A stretch of DNA of 64,000 bases from a virus (taxonomy: Duplodnaviria; Caudoviricetes). Positions 1-9,799 of the stretch are shown here, piece after piece; within the stretch, counting starts at the first letter, position 1, and each line of letters opens with the position of its first letter. The notes beneath the pieces were generated by a model. That model was not told the DNA's origin. It was given only the letters and a program-made list of their open reading frames with translations, and made no database searches. A program made the position numbers and the translations under genes. Location of the stretch: IMG/VR virus record IMGVR_UViG_3300025885_000002, positions 4,801 to 68,800 of that record; one strand, given 5' to 3'.

Positions 1-530
1 TACGTGGCATTCTTCAGCAGGATCGCGTCGGGAGTTTGTGGAAGCCCCTTGATTGATCGCCTTTCCTTGATTGCCTGCTTGAAAACTGATTCTGTGCTCT
101 GCCGGTGAGAGTGTCCGGTTGCGTGAAGATCATCAACGTGTCCCGGGAATACGTTGACGTGCCCGCAGTTGTTGCACTTGTGGACTCTCGCAATTCCCCG
201 GTGCTGTTGACTGAAGACCCTTCGGCCCCGAGTGTAGTTTGGGAACTGGATGCCCTCGATGATGTTCTTACACTCGCACCGTTCGTCATCGGGCTTCGGT
301 AAAGCTTCTCGAATCTCTTTGATTTCCTGTGCGAGCCCCGCGAGTTCAGGATGTCCGACAACGAGCTCGTATGCCTGATGAAGTTTCCCGAGAACGATCA
401 GGGCTTCTGCAGCCCACTTTCGCGGATGATACTCAACGCTCTCGTACTCAAGATTGGCCAGATAGTGTGCGGCTTCCACTTCGGCGCGAGCAAGAATCTT
501 GTCATCTGTGGTGTCAAAGTCGCGTCTCAT
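1..530 (-). CDS. Hypothetical protein, runs off the window edge (MRRDFDTTDDKILARAE...), with CxC and CxxC motifs
   Basis: Translated by hand and absent from the ORF track. ATG at 530 overlaps the TGA of 527..709 (ATGA); frame is open to base 1. Confidence 0.75.
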   Translation of the reverse strand, partial: MRRDFDTTDDKILARAEVEAAHYLANLEYESVEYHPRKWAAEALIVLGKLHQAYELVVGHPELAGLAQEIKEIREALPKPDDERCECKNIIEGIQFPNYTRGRRVFSQQHRGIARVHKCNNCGHVNVFPGHVDDLHATGHSHRQSTESVFKQAIKERRSIKGLPQTPDAILLKNAT

Positions 531-709
531 TTTTTCTTGCGGTCCTTCACGCGGTCAGCCAGGCTCTTGTACGGAAGACCTTTGTGTTTGGTCGAAGCAA
601 ACTCCTTTAGCTGCTTCTCCGACATATCGGTCTTGGTCGGCTCACCCGCCCGCTTCCTCGCAAGCTCCGCGCCCATGAATTCTTGCTGTGCGATCGACTT
701 GGCTGGCAT
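527..709 (-). CDS. Small basic DUF3008-like protein
   Basis: MPAKSxAQQ...MSEKQLKEFASTKHKGLP matches the DUF3008 pattern; ends YKSLADRVKDRKKK. Confidence 0.75.
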   Translation of the reverse strand: MPAKSIAQQEFMGAELARKRAGEPTKTDMSEKQLKEFASTKHKGLPYKSLADRVKDRKKK

Positions 710-957
710 CAGGCTACCTTCTTCTTTGTCTTCACTCGGTCGGCAAGAGACTTGTACTTCGGTTTGCCGCCGTTCAGCCTTTCCTTTACGTAGGCCAGCG
801 CCCCATCGACGGATTCGAAGACGCTATCTTTGGGCGGTTCCCACAGTGAGGAAACACAGCAAGAATCGCCCTTGCTCTTCTTCGTCTCTTCGGGCTTCTC
901 CCTGCAAGAGACAACGTAGCCATTCTCTGCACATTTGATCTCGATTGATTCAACCAT
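709..957 (-). CDS. Small hypothetical protein ending YKSLADRVKTKKKVA
   Basis: Coupled to its neighbours in the late operon; shares its C-terminal motif with 527..709. Confidence 0.75.
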   Translation of the reverse strand: MVESIEIKCAENGYVVSCREKPEETKKSKGDSCCVSSLWEPPKDSVFESVDGALAYVKERLNGGKPKYKSLADRVKTKKKVA

Positions 958-1518
958 CTAAGCCACCTCCTGTGCTTGATCCTCGATTTCCCCCCGCAGT
1001 CCCCGAAGAGTACGCGCCGCGCCGATCTCGATGATGTCCTGATCCAAATTCAAGGCAGCCAGTTCCGCTATCACCGGGATACGACTTGCGACAATGGTCA
1101 CGGTCGCGTTAGGCGGCGCGTCACCGTTCTCATCTCGCACTAGATAAGCATTGCCGCGCAGGGTCGAGCGATACAGACCCGCTACGCCCGGTAGATCGAT
1201 GTCACGGGAATTCTCGTAGAACTCAATCGGCACCACTCCGTTGGCGACCGGATAGGTCACATACGCGGTTTTGAGTGAAACGAACCAGAGATCCGCGAAT
1301 GCGCCAGCGGTCAGATCGACGGCGCCGCTCGTCAGAGTGCCGGAATAGGTCTTCTCAAGTATCGCGCGCCGACCGGACCTGTAGACGCGTCCAGCTAATT
1401 CGCTCAGCGCTTCTGGAAGGCCAAGCTCAATCGAGGAACGTAAAGCTGGAGAGACGGAATCGGGCTTGCCGCCACTGATGACCTCGAATACGTGGAGTGA
1501 ATAATCAGATGCGTTCAT
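958..1518 (-). CDS. Putative virion structural / head-tail joining protein
   Basis: 186 aa, ATGA overlap with the upstream gene, located in the post-capsid structural cluster; function inferred from position only. Confidence 0.6.
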   Translation of the reverse strand: MNASDYSLHVFEVISGGKPDSVSPALRSSIELGLPEALSELAGRVYRSGRRAILEKTYSGTLTSGAVDLTAGAFADLWFVSLKTAYVTYPVANGVVPIEFYENSRDIDLPGVAGLYRSTLRGNAYLVRDENGDAPPNATVTIVASRIPVIAELAALNLDQDIIEIGAARTLRGLRGEIEDQAQEVA

Positions 1519-2129
1519 TGTTCAGAGGCCTGGAACGGCGGAGGTATCTGTCCGGCAGTCATAGCCTGACGATCAAGTGCGTACTGTCGAGCGTATTCTG
1601 ATTGCGTGGCCGGATCCTCGCCCTCGGGGCTGGCGATCAAGGAGAGCACGCCGCGAATGATCGCTCCTTCCGTGTAATCCGGCCCCTGAAGCACGACACC
1701 GCGCGTCACCGTACAACTCTTGACTGTTGCGTTTGAACTTCCATTGTGGGCCAGTACAAACCCGTCCGCGTTGTAGTGAGGAGTTAGGCTGGTCACGCCC
1801 TGAGCGAGTAGGTCCCGTTCGTTCTCAATCTGATCAAGAGGGGCGGGAGTCGCCAGTTTGCCACCTATTATCACCGCGTCAATAGGCCCCGTGTGCGCCG
1901 GCAGATTCGCGCCGTGAGCTACCGAGGTAGACTGCTGGAAGTCTACGCGATTGGCCCAGGTTGGATTCTTTAGCCCATCCTCAATCAGCTGGAGGTCTAT
2001 TGTAATCGCGAGGTCATCAATCTGAGCCAGAAATAGCCGTGATCCGGCATCGGGAATGCCGTTGTACGAATCGGACGCGTTCACCGCCGCCGTAACCGCC
2101 TTCTCTACGCGAGCAAGGTTGGCTGCCAT
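1515..2129 (-). CDS. Putative virion structural / head-tail joining protein
   Basis: 204 aa, abuts its neighbours; position downstream of the capsid gene. Confidence 0.6.
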   Translation of the reverse strand: MAANLARVEKAVTAAVNASDSYNGIPDAGSRLFLAQIDDLAITIDLQLIEDGLKNPTWANRVDFQQSTSVAHGANLPAHTGPIDAVIIGGKLATPAPLDQIENERDLLAQGVTSLTPHYNADGFVLAHNGSSNATVKSCTVTRGVVLQGPDYTEGAIIRGVLSLIASPEGEDPATQSEYARQYALDRQAMTAGQIPPPFQASEQ

Positions 2130-2846
2130 TTAGAACCATCCCTCATCTTCGCGCTCCCATCCGAACGCGCTCCGGCTATTACTGTCGGGAGTCATCTGGA
2201 ACCGCTGGTGTTGAAACAACTCCTCAAGCTGGCCGTCTTTTCGAGTCAGCTGATTTAGAATCCGTTCATAGGTCGTGTCATCGTGGCCGGTGTCCGGCAG
2301 ACAGGCCAGCGCGGTCTTGATGCACAGGCGATGGTTGAATTGACCGCGCAGGGGCAGAGGGAGATTGTCGAATGCCAGCACATACGCTTCAGGCTCGTAG
2401 TAAATTCGCAACATTGTTGCCTGAGTCTGCACCGGCTGAATCGCCATCGTTGGCAGCCCGTTCAGGGTAAAAAACGAAACGACGAGTTGACCGGAGCTTG
2501 AGGTATTCGGACTTATGCCAGTCTGGTAGATGTCCCGGTTCTGAATCCCGGCAATTGTCACCTCGTCCGGCACAAACAATGGGTCCGAACCGCCATCCCA
2601 GGTTTCAACGAGAAAGGGGCGACCCCAGTCACTTCGGCTGATTCGAAACTCGGCAGTATTCGCATCAATCGGCTGCTCGAAGCGCTTGAATGACTCTTCG
2701 TCGCGCGTGATGTTCAACTCGGCCCAAATCGTGTTGACCTCGTCGTTCATCTTCGTGACGATGGTCGCGTTGTTTGGCGATGAAGGCCCAGGACGACCGA
2801 TGTACTCCCGGACCTTCATCACTGATTGACGGGTAGTGATCGGCAT
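2130..2846 (-). CDS. Putative head-to-tail adaptor (podovirus tail-tubular-A / gp4-like)
   Basis: 238 aa; helical N-terminus, beta-rich middle (TMLRIYYEPE) and helical C-terminus are typical of adaptor proteins; syntenic position. Confidence 0.55.
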   Translation of the reverse strand: MPITTRQSVMKVREYIGRPGPSSPNNATIVTKMNDEVNTIWAELNITRDEESFKRFEQPIDANTAEFRISRSDWGRPFLVETWDGGSDPLFVPDEVTIAGIQNRDIYQTGISPNTSSSGQLVVSFFTLNGLPTMAIQPVQTQATMLRIYYEPEAYVLAFDNLPLPLRGQFNHRLCIKTALACLPDTGHDDTTYERILNQLTRKDGQLEELFQHQRFQMTPDSNSRSAFGWEREDEGWF

Positions 2847-2847
2847 C

Positions 2848-3888
2848 TTACTTGCGATTCTTCATCTGATCCTGACGCTGTTCGAGCCGGCTCTTCTGTG
2901 CGACGGACTCAAGGCTTCCTTGCGCGTCCGGCTCCGGAGATTCGAAAGGCTCGCGGCACTGCGGACAGAACTTCGGTTTCTGACCCTGCGGCCCAAGGTT
3001 CGTTGTCGCTCCGCACGACTCACACCAGAGAGTCGGCGCCGCAGTCTGGCCTTCCATTTTCACGATAACCGGCTGAGGCTCGAGTGCTCGATTCAACGCC
3101 GCGTCAACGGGGAGCCGGCCGGTCAGGTATTGGTAGTACTGGCCGAGAGGATCGTAATGAGCGCCCTTCGCTGCCCCCCGATGAACACGCGCATCTTCAG
3201 TCACCAAGAAGGCCTCTGCGGCCTGTTTGGCGTTGCGGTAAGCCTGCTGAATGGTCGGGATCGCCTGAATGTACAAGGCCTGCAACTCCGGTCCGTACTC
3301 ATTCGCAAACTCTGGCTTCTTGATGTCCCGGATCCCCGCATCTGTGAGTTCTTTGTAGACCGCCAGCGCGCCCTCTTTCTTGAGTCGCGCCTGTAGCTCC
3401 GATTTGTCCTCGATGTACTCAGGGGTGAACACGAATGGACGAAGCAGCCTGCTGAGGAGATACGGCTTCACCGTAAACTCAGACAATCCTTCGAACACGT
3501 CGAAGAAGGTCAGCCCGTCTTCTTTGTAAGTTTGCAACAGATAGCGCTTGTTATCGCCGGGCGAAGTCGGAACAGCGGTCAGTTTCTCTTCGCTTCCGTC
3601 CACATTCCGGGTGTAGACTCCGTCACCCTTCCCGTTGGCTACCTCTACATCAATCAGAATTTCGTCTTTCTTCACACAGTAAAGAATTCCTGGCTGAATC
3701 GCGTCAACCAGCTTGCTTGATCCATCGCGCTGCCCTTCAAAACAGCGCACCCAGTTGGACTGCAGCTGATAGCAGGGAGTCGCTACGGTCAGACAGTAGA
3801 ACGGGCCAGTCCTGCCAAGTTCCGCGTTGGCCAGGGATCGGACGCCTGCCCTCCACGCGGGTTGATTGATCGTCTGCTCTGCTTGCAT
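2848..3888 (-). CDS. Hypothetical protein with C-terminal zinc ribbon
   Basis: 346 aa; WCESCG...KFCPQC near the C-terminus. Confidence 0.75.
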   Translation of the reverse strand: MQAEQTINQPAWRAGVRSLANAELGRTGPFYCLTVATPCYQLQSNWVRCFEGQRDGSSKLVDAIQPGILYCVKKDEILIDVEVANGKGDGVYTRNVDGSEEKLTAVPTSPGDNKRYLLQTYKEDGLTFFDVFEGLSEFTVKPYLLSRLLRPFVFTPEYIEDKSELQARLKKEGALAVYKELTDAGIRDIKKPEFANEYGPELQALYIQAIPTIQQAYRNAKQAAEAFLVTEDARVHRGAAKGAHYDPLGQYYQYLTGRLPVDAALNRALEPQPVIVKMEGQTAAPTLWCESCGATTNLGPQGQKPKFCPQCREPFESPEPDAQGSLESVAQKSRLEQRQDQMKNRK

Positions 3889-4739
3889 TAGTTCTCCTTG
3901 TAGTTTGACGGAACCGACACGAACGGCATCTCAAAGAGCCGCGTGCGGTCCGATTTGAAAATGTTGCGGAGTCGCAAGAATCTCGCGGCCTTCTCTCTCT
4001 GCGCGCCATCTTGGATCTGATCGAGCCGTGCCTGCGTGCGAGCTTCGACGACAGAGAGCGGCGCCAGTTCGCCCTCGAGGAATCGTACCGGCTCGCGTTC
4101 CTTCTCTCGCCACATCGCAGCCAGGTAATCAAGATCTATCTGCGCCGGATCACGGTACTCGTGGTAGCACTTTGTCTTGGTCTGGACCGCCCGAACACAA
4201 CAGCCACCTGTCGGATCCGAGATGATGATATGCGCGACTTTAGACCATTGTCCGGGACCCATATCTGGCGGCCCGAACCGTAAGACCTCTCCGGTCTCTG
4301 GGTCTCTCGCTGTTATATCTTCTGCGTAGGTCTCGGCATCACGTTTCGTGTGTGACCGCCACTGATGAACGAACCAGCGAGGGATCCCGATCTCATCGTC
4401 CCGTGTTGTTCGTTCGACCAGCACCCCTTCAGGAATACCCTCAGGCGGTCTGGGGGTGGGCGGATAGAGTGCGTTACCGTGGGGGAGATGGACTACCCAG
4501 CCGGCGTGCATCGTTCGAACCGAGTAGCGATGCTGAAGCATTCCAGATCCATCGAAGGCTGGGCTGCCAGGATAGCGGTCGGCTTCACGCATCGACTGCC
4601 CCCAGAAGAGTTTCAACCGAGGGTATTCGCCGAAGACAAGTCCCGCGATTTGAATCAGCTGCTCCTGAAACCAGCGCGCGAGTTCGGGATTTGGCGGAGG
4701 ACTATTCGACGTTGGAGGCCAAGACTTGAACGACATCAC
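3888..4739 (-). CDS. Hypothetical phage protein
   Basis: 283 aa, stop/start coupled on both sides. Confidence 0.75.
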   Translation of the reverse strand: MMSFKSWPPTSNSPPPNPELARWFQEQLIQIAGLVFGEYPRLKLFWGQSMREADRYPGSPAFDGSGMLQHRYSVRTMHAGWVVHLPHGNALYPPTPRPPEGIPEGVLVERTTRDDEIGIPRWFVHQWRSHTKRDAETYAEDITARDPETGEVLRFGPPDMGPGQWSKVAHIIISDPTGGCCVRAVQTKTKCYHEYRDPAQIDLDYLAAMWREKEREPVRFLEGELAPLSVVEARTQARLDQIQDGAQREKAARFLRLRNIFKSDRTRLFEMPFVSVPSNYKEN

Positions 4740-4933
4740 TTACCCTTCGAGAACTTCTCGGCGAGCTGCGCCTTCTTCCCAAACATCCCGGCCTTCGCCG
4801 CCTCGCGTTTGTCCTCTGGAATCGGCTCGCCTTCCGGAGTTCCGGTCTTTCGGTGCAAACCTCCCTTTTGGAAGTTAGTTTTCTTGCCCTTCTTTTTGAC
4901 CCGGTCGCCCAAGTTGCTTTGGTAGTTGGCCAT
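4736..4933 (-). CDS. Small Lys/Gly-rich basic protein
   Basis: 65 aa, GGLHRKTGTPEGEPIP...GKKAQLAEKF, a pattern seen in small basic phage head-region proteins; N-terminal NLGDRVKKK. Confidence 0.7.
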   Translation of the reverse strand: MANYQSNLGDRVKKKGKKTNFQKGGLHRKTGTPEGEPIPEDKREAAKAGMFGKKAQLAEKFSKGK

Positions 4934-4996
4934 GATTTGCCTTTGAGGGAAGCCTTTGGGCCATCGTTCTAGACCGACAGCCCCAAGGGTAAATTG

Positions 4997-5812
4997 TCAG
5001 CTCGTAGGAGCGATGAACTGACGGTAGAACACCGTAATGCGGACTTGGCCCGCGCCAGGAGTACCGTTCGCTGTGACACGAACCTTTGCGGCTGCGGCCT
5101 GAGTTGGCCCCGCCGCCGTCGTTGTGATGTTCCCGTTCATCGCATCAATGCCGACGATACGAGTGCCGAGCGCAGCAGCAGCGGCGGCCGCCGCCGTGAA
5201 GCGAGTTGCCGTGGTCGGATCGCCCAAGCCAAACGCTGTGGCCGTGGTGATCGCCACGGTGACGATCGCCTCAACAGCGTCGATGATCGCGCCAGCTGGC
5301 AGCAGGTTGCCGGTGGTGTCTGTCGTGGCACCGCCCGTGCTCAACGTCAGGAGCTCGGTGTTGAATCCGTAGACCGCCTGAGCACCGTTCGAGCCAGTGA
5401 TGGTCATCTGAGTGGAGGTTACGTTTCCACTCGTTGAGGTCGACACCGCCACCCCCGCAGCCTGGAACAGAATTCCAAACAACGAGAAGGTGAAGACGGG
5501 AGTCGCCGAGCCGCCAACGGTTGCCACGGCCCGAAGAAACGGCATCGGAGCCCGCGAGGCCGCGAGGACCTGATTGCCGGTCGAGGCGGTGCCCTGCGTA
5601 AACGTCGCCAGAGTAGACCACGGACCGGTTTCCGTTGGACCATCCTGGATGACGACATCAAGTGTTGGATTCGTGCCCCCTTGGGCGGTCCAATCCAATT
5701 GGAACACAGCGGAGTTCTCGTTCATCGTGGCGAATACCGGAGAGGTCGTTGTGCCACGCGAAGCGGAGGAGAACATCTGATGTACGACTGGGTGCGCAAT
5801 TGCTTTAGTCAT
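4997..5812 (-). CDS. Putative capsid decoration / cement protein
   Basis: Directly downstream of the capsid gene; Thr/Ala/Gly-rich with two beta-sandwich-like segments. Confidence 0.55.
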   Translation of the reverse strand: MTKAIAHPVVHQMFSSASRGTTTSPVFATMNENSAVFQLDWTAQGGTNPTLDVVIQDGPTETGPWSTLATFTQGTASTGNQVLAASRAPMPFLRAVATVGGSATPVFTFSLFGILFQAAGVAVSTSTSGNVTSTQMTITGSNGAQAVYGFNTELLTLSTGGATTDTTGNLLPAGAIIDAVEAIVTVAITTATAFGLGDPTTATRFTAAAAAAAALGTRIVGIDAMNGNITTTAAGPTQAAAAKVRVTANGTPGAGQVRITVFYRQFIAPTS

Positions 5813-5831
5813 TACTCTTGTCCTCCTTTCC

Positions 5832-7103
5832 TTAGAATGCCAACTGAGCCAACGGCTGATCCGTGGTTCCGCTGTTGTTAATTCTCCAGTGAGCGAGAGG
5901 CAGAGGCGTTCCGATATCGAATCGGGCTCCTACCCATCCTTCCACTGCGTCTACGCGCTGACCGCCCGAGGTTCCGACTCCGAGCCAGAGGTACTGTTCA
6001 CCCACCTTCAGTGGACCGAAGTCCTCGAGCTCGTACTTATGAATCTCGTTGAAGTCCACCCCCCAAACTATGTTGGGTTGGATGACCGGATAGTCTTCCC
6101 ACTCGTTACCGGCGGGCCCGTGATGGACGTTGCCGAAATCGAGCTTCATCGTCCCACCGGATCCATTCCGGTTGAACCGGCTTAGTTCGTGACCCTGCTC
6201 CTCGTACTTCACCTTCACCCCAGGAGCCGACACGATCGTTGTCCGATCAGCCATCTTGTGACGGAATTTCAGCAAGGCTCTCACCTTGTTGAACAGCGCC
6301 ACTGTTGGATCCGCGTTCTTCGCGTCGAACGTCACTGATCGAAGACCGGGATAAGTCGCTCGAGACTGTCCCTCGATCATCCCCGAGCCGTTGTTGATCA
6401 GCGCATCGAAACCGTGAGGATAGCGGTTGAATGATCCGGAGAAACACACGCGATCGCCCTGTGCCACCGCGGCAGACAGCGAGTCAACCGTCACCGTCTG
6501 GGTCGACGGATCAGGATCGCCGCTGACTATCGAGGTCGTCGGGGTCGCGCGATATGCCTGGCCAACGGGGTCATAGAACGACAGCCCCGCATTGGCAAGC
6601 ACCTTGATGTTGCCGAACATATTCCCGCCGGCAGACGTCGACTCGCAGGTAAACTGAGTCCCTGAGTCTCGAGACTTGACCCGGGCAATTTCGCCGGTGC
6701 CGTCCAGCGGGATCGCGTCGTTGATCTTGGCTCGAGCTGAATCGAGCGCCGCTTCCATTTCGAACGACAGCAAATTGACCAGCGAATCCTCGTCGCCCTT
6801 GCAGTTTGCGATCGCAAGACGTGAGACTCGATAGCCCGAGAAAAGAGAGGTTGGATAGACTTTGAGTTCGACGAACTCCGAACGGCCGGCGGTCGGCAGA
6901 GTCCCAGACTCCCCGATTGCGCCGAACGAGGCATTACGTCGCACCCGGGAGGGAATGCGTACGCCGCGCGCGTTCGTGCGTTTGCCCTTTCCGTTCGAGA
7001 TCCGATTGTAGAGGTCCTGTACTTCAAGAAACATATCTCGAACTTCTGGTTCGATACGTTCCTTGATCACCGCCTCAGCGTAGGTTACTTGTGTCTCAGC
7101 CAT
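5832..7103 (-). CDS. Major capsid protein (HK97 fold inferred)
   Basis: 423 aa after the scaffold; GVRIPSRV (E-loop-like), LINNGSG..EGQSRATYP and terminal GTPLPLAHWRINN are consistent with podovirus-like coat proteins. Confidence 0.85.
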   Translation of the reverse strand: MAETQVTYAEAVIKERIEPEVRDMFLEVQDLYNRISNGKGKRTNARGVRIPSRVRRNASFGAIGESGTLPTAGRSEFVELKVYPTSLFSGYRVSRLAIANCKGDEDSLVNLLSFEMEAALDSARAKINDAIPLDGTGEIARVKSRDSGTQFTCESTSAGGNMFGNIKVLANAGLSFYDPVGQAYRATPTTSIVSGDPDPSTQTVTVDSLSAAVAQGDRVCFSGSFNRYPHGFDALINNGSGMIEGQSRATYPGLRSVTFDAKNADPTVALFNKVRALLKFRHKMADRTTIVSAPGVKVKYEEQGHELSRFNRNGSGGTMKLDFGNVHHGPAGNEWEDYPVIQPNIVWGVDFNEIHKYELEDFGPLKVGEQYLWLGVGTSGGQRVDAVEGWVGARFDIGTPLPLAHWRINNSGTTDQPLAQLAF

Positions 7104-7132
7104 GTGTGTGCCTCAATGGCGCGACTCCGAAA

Positions 7133-8500
7133 TTACGCGCTTCCGCGTGCTCTGACCCGTTCAGCGAGACTCATTCCCTGCCGAGATCCTGGTTGCGTCG
7201 GCTGGCGAGTGGCGCCGGATGGATTGGTGCCGCCTGGAATCTGTATCCGGGTGCGCTGCGATTGCGCGACCTGGCTCTTGGCTCTGATCAGTTCCTCATA
7301 CGGCTTCAGTTGAGCCTGAGCGATCTGAGTCACTACGGTCTTGTGGTGACCGTAGATTTTCTTTAGATCGCGAGAGGCGAGCTGCTTTGCGGTTTCCGGG
7401 TTCCCTGGTTGCTTGAACCATTTGCGTGCGTTGTCTCGGGCGGCTGAATACGAGCCGTCTCGGGCAAGCGCCGCGTCAACCAGATCCTTGATCTGACCAG
7501 GAAGATGCGCAAAGTCCTTATGAACTGAACCGTCTGGGTTTCTCGGCAGAGACTTCATAGCCGTGTCGAGCAATTGTTGGCGATCCGCAGTGATCATCCC
7601 GTCGAACTGTGCCACCCGTCCGTTGGCTTGAATCTCTTCCTGCTGTTTGGTGACTCCTGTGTGTGCCTGACTGAGCTTGGTGATCTCAGCCTGCATACGC
7701 GAGACTTGAGATGCAGTGCTTCCCAAGGTTCCCAAATAAGCAATCAGGTCTTTGTCAGCCTCTGGGTCGAGTCCAAACTTATCGACAAGCTGCTGCGGGT
7801 TAAGTGTTGCTGCCTGCTGGCCGTTGTCAGTGGATCCTTGACTAAGCGTGCCATTTTGGTGGGCTTCGACCAGAGCTGCAAATCCTGCTCGATCGAGACC
7901 GAATTGCTTCTCTATGAAGATCGGCATCCAATAGTCGGCTATCGCTTCTGCTGCAGCCTGAGGAATGATGCTGGGATTCGCAGTGATTTTCTCCGGATGC
8001 ATATGCGACCGGATCACGTCATTGACCATCGAATCGTAATACGCCGGATGGTTGGTTGCGATGTCATCCCAGAACTCTTTGGCCTTACCCTGCGCCGCGA
8101 AATCTTCAGCTGGAACGATCGGGCGGAACATCACACCCTGAGCCGCTTCCAGCTGGCTCTCGAGCTCAGTCACCTGCGCTGTAAGAGATTTGTTCGTCTT
8201 CAACGCAGTCTTCGCAAGGCCTCGCAGATGCCCAACCAGGCCAGTCTGCGGTACATCCTTCAGCTGCTCCTCAAGTTCCTTGTCTTCTTCTGACTTTTCG
8301 GACAGAGCCGCGGCGGGGTCGGCTTCTTTACTCGCCTCGTCGTCGGTGGGTTCACCTTCCGGGCCGGCTTCTGGCTGGCCACCAAGATCCTCCCACTCAC
8401 CTGGTTGCTCTTCGTCAGTAATGAACTCTTCGGCCGGCTGAGACTCAGCACCAGAGTTCTTCTCGGCGGAATTCGCACCGAGATCAGTTTCTTCGTCCAT
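7133..8500 (-). CDS. Scaffolding protein
   Basis: Highly acidic N-terminus, helical/coiled-coil body, short basic C-terminal tip, immediately upstream of the capsid gene. Confidence 0.75.
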   Translation of the reverse strand: MDEETDLGANSAEKNSGAESQPAEEFITDEEQPGEWEDLGGQPEAGPEGEPTDDEASKEADPAAALSEKSEEDKELEEQLKDVPQTGLVGHLRGLAKTALKTNKSLTAQVTELESQLEAAQGVMFRPIVPAEDFAAQGKAKEFWDDIATNHPAYYDSMVNDVIRSHMHPEKITANPSIIPQAAAEAIADYWMPIFIEKQFGLDRAGFAALVEAHQNGTLSQGSTDNGQQAATLNPQQLVDKFGLDPEADKDLIAYLGTLGSTASQVSRMQAEITKLSQAHTGVTKQQEEIQANGRVAQFDGMITADRQQLLDTAMKSLPRNPDGSVHKDFAHLPGQIKDLVDAALARDGSYSAARDNARKWFKQPGNPETAKQLASRDLKKIYGHHKTVVTQIAQAQLKPYEELIRAKSQVAQSQRTRIQIPGGTNPSGATRQPTQPGSRQGMSLAERVRARGSA

Positions 8501-8542
8501 TGTTACTCTCCTTGGATTGGTCTTAGGAAAATGCCTTTTGGC

Positions 8543-8926
8543 TTAATCATCACCCACTATCGGAATGATTGTCCTTGCGGCCGTCTGATTGACCGGCGCG
8601 CCGCCAGATGTGTTCGCGGACAGGATCTTGAAATGTCGGACACCTCGGAAAAGGCTCCGCAGGTCGTTTCTAAAGCAAACATGCTTTGAGGCGGTGACGA
8701 CCACCTTCACTCGAACCCCGGCGTCGTCGTACAAATCGTTAAACGTGGTATCTCCGCCAACCGTCTCCTCTGCGCCGAGAGCGCACTGGAAAGAAATGTC
8801 AGCGGCATCCCACCCACTCGGCATCACAAGCCCGACAAGAAACTTGCCGTGCAGGTCAACTATGGTGCTTGTCGCAGTGTTGATCGCGATTGTGGCGGTC
8901 TGGCCGCGTTGAATGCTGTTGTTCAC
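8543..8926 (-). CDS. Putative minor head / decoration protein
   Basis: 127 aa, beta-rich (LVGLVMPSGWDAADISFQ); located in the head module. Confidence 0.55.
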   Translation of the reverse strand: MNNSIQRGQTATIAINTATSTIVDLHGKFLVGLVMPSGWDAADISFQCALGAEETVGGDTTFNDLYDDAGVRVKVVVTASKHVCFRNDLRSLFRGVRHFKILSANTSGGAPVNQTAARTIIPIVGDD

Positions 8927-9555
8927 TTCACCGCCTCCTCAATCGCCTTTGCGGTCTCCGTCCCGATTCCGTCAATGTCGATCAGGGTTCCAGCCTCGAT
9001 GCGCTTGCGGACTTTCCCGAACGTCTTCACGCCAGCCGCTTCGAGTTTGGCCTTACCCGGGAATCCATCAGGAAGATGCTCCGCATTCTCGTGCGTTGAT
9101 GCGTGTAGATCTGGCTTCGCGGTGACTGGAGGCGGCGACTCTTGCACGTCCGCATTCTGCTCGCTCACAACCGGAGCCTCCTTCGAGACGTCGACAACCG
9201 GCTCGGGCGCCTTAACCGGAGGAATGCGAGATGTCTCCGCGGCGGCCAGTTCTGCGTGCGGGTTGGGATACTCGCCTTCCTCGACGTAGAACAACCCGCG
9301 AGGTCCAATGTACTCGTCATTCGGTCCCCACCAGACTTGATTGCGCCAGTCCTTCGGAAGATGGACCAGGCACGGACTCCCAGGCGGCGCCGATACAGGC
9401 ACTACCTCGACGGCATCCTTCGCGACGCTGTCAACCGTCTGATCGCGTAGGATGTGAATCTCAACGGCGTTGGGCTCGCCCGTTAAAGTGAAACGGTGGA
9501 CGATCGCCGGATTCGTTCTCCTGTCTTTGAACACCCAAATGGATTGTCTACCCAT
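8923..9555 (-). CDS. Protein with C-terminal helix-hairpin-helix DNA-binding motif
   Basis: Ends KLEAAGVKT...LIDIDGIGTETAKAI (HhH consensus) after a Pro/Glu-rich linker. Confidence 0.7.
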   Translation of the reverse strand: MGRQSIWVFKDRRTNPAIVHRFTLTGEPNAVEIHILRDQTVDSVAKDAVEVVPVSAPPGSPCLVHLPKDWRNQVWWGPNDEYIGPRGLFYVEEGEYPNPHAELAAAETSRIPPVKAPEPVVDVSKEAPVVSEQNADVQESPPPVTAKPDLHASTHENAEHLPDGFPGKAKLEAAGVKTFGKVRKRIEAGTLIDIDGIGTETAKAIEEAVK

Positions 9556-9799
9556 GGCTACTCTCCTCTACTGTCTGAATTCTGTGGCAAGCGTCTTGCA
9601 GTTGGCGCAATGCGGCAGCGCGCCTCGCTTTGCGAGCGGCCTTGCTCGGTGGCAGACCTCGCTTCGCTTGGCGAATCACGCGAAGTTCGCCTCGGCTGCC
9701 GATGGAGTACTCAGAGCCGTTGCGGAATCGGACCAGATCGCCCGGCTTGACTGGGCGGGGCACGCCGTTTTCGTCTTTGACCTTAATCGTCTTGTTCAC
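9548..9799 (-). CDS. Small basic hypothetical protein
   Basis: 83 aa, ATGA overlap with the portal stop codon. Confidence 0.65.
   Translation of the reverse strand: MNKTIKVKDENGVPRPVKPGDLVRFRNGSEYSIGSRGELRVIRQAKRGLPPSKAARKARRAAALRQLQDACHRIQTVEESSHG

Noticed and set aside
14-361. 115-aa ORF-track call at the left edge
   Set aside because: A different minus-strand frame starts at 530 with an ATGA overlap and stays open to the window edge; the listed ORF is Ser/Thr/Arg-rich off-frame sequence
4953-4988. Hairpin after the decoration gene as a terminator
   Set aside because: No U-tract on the coding strand; at most a stability element
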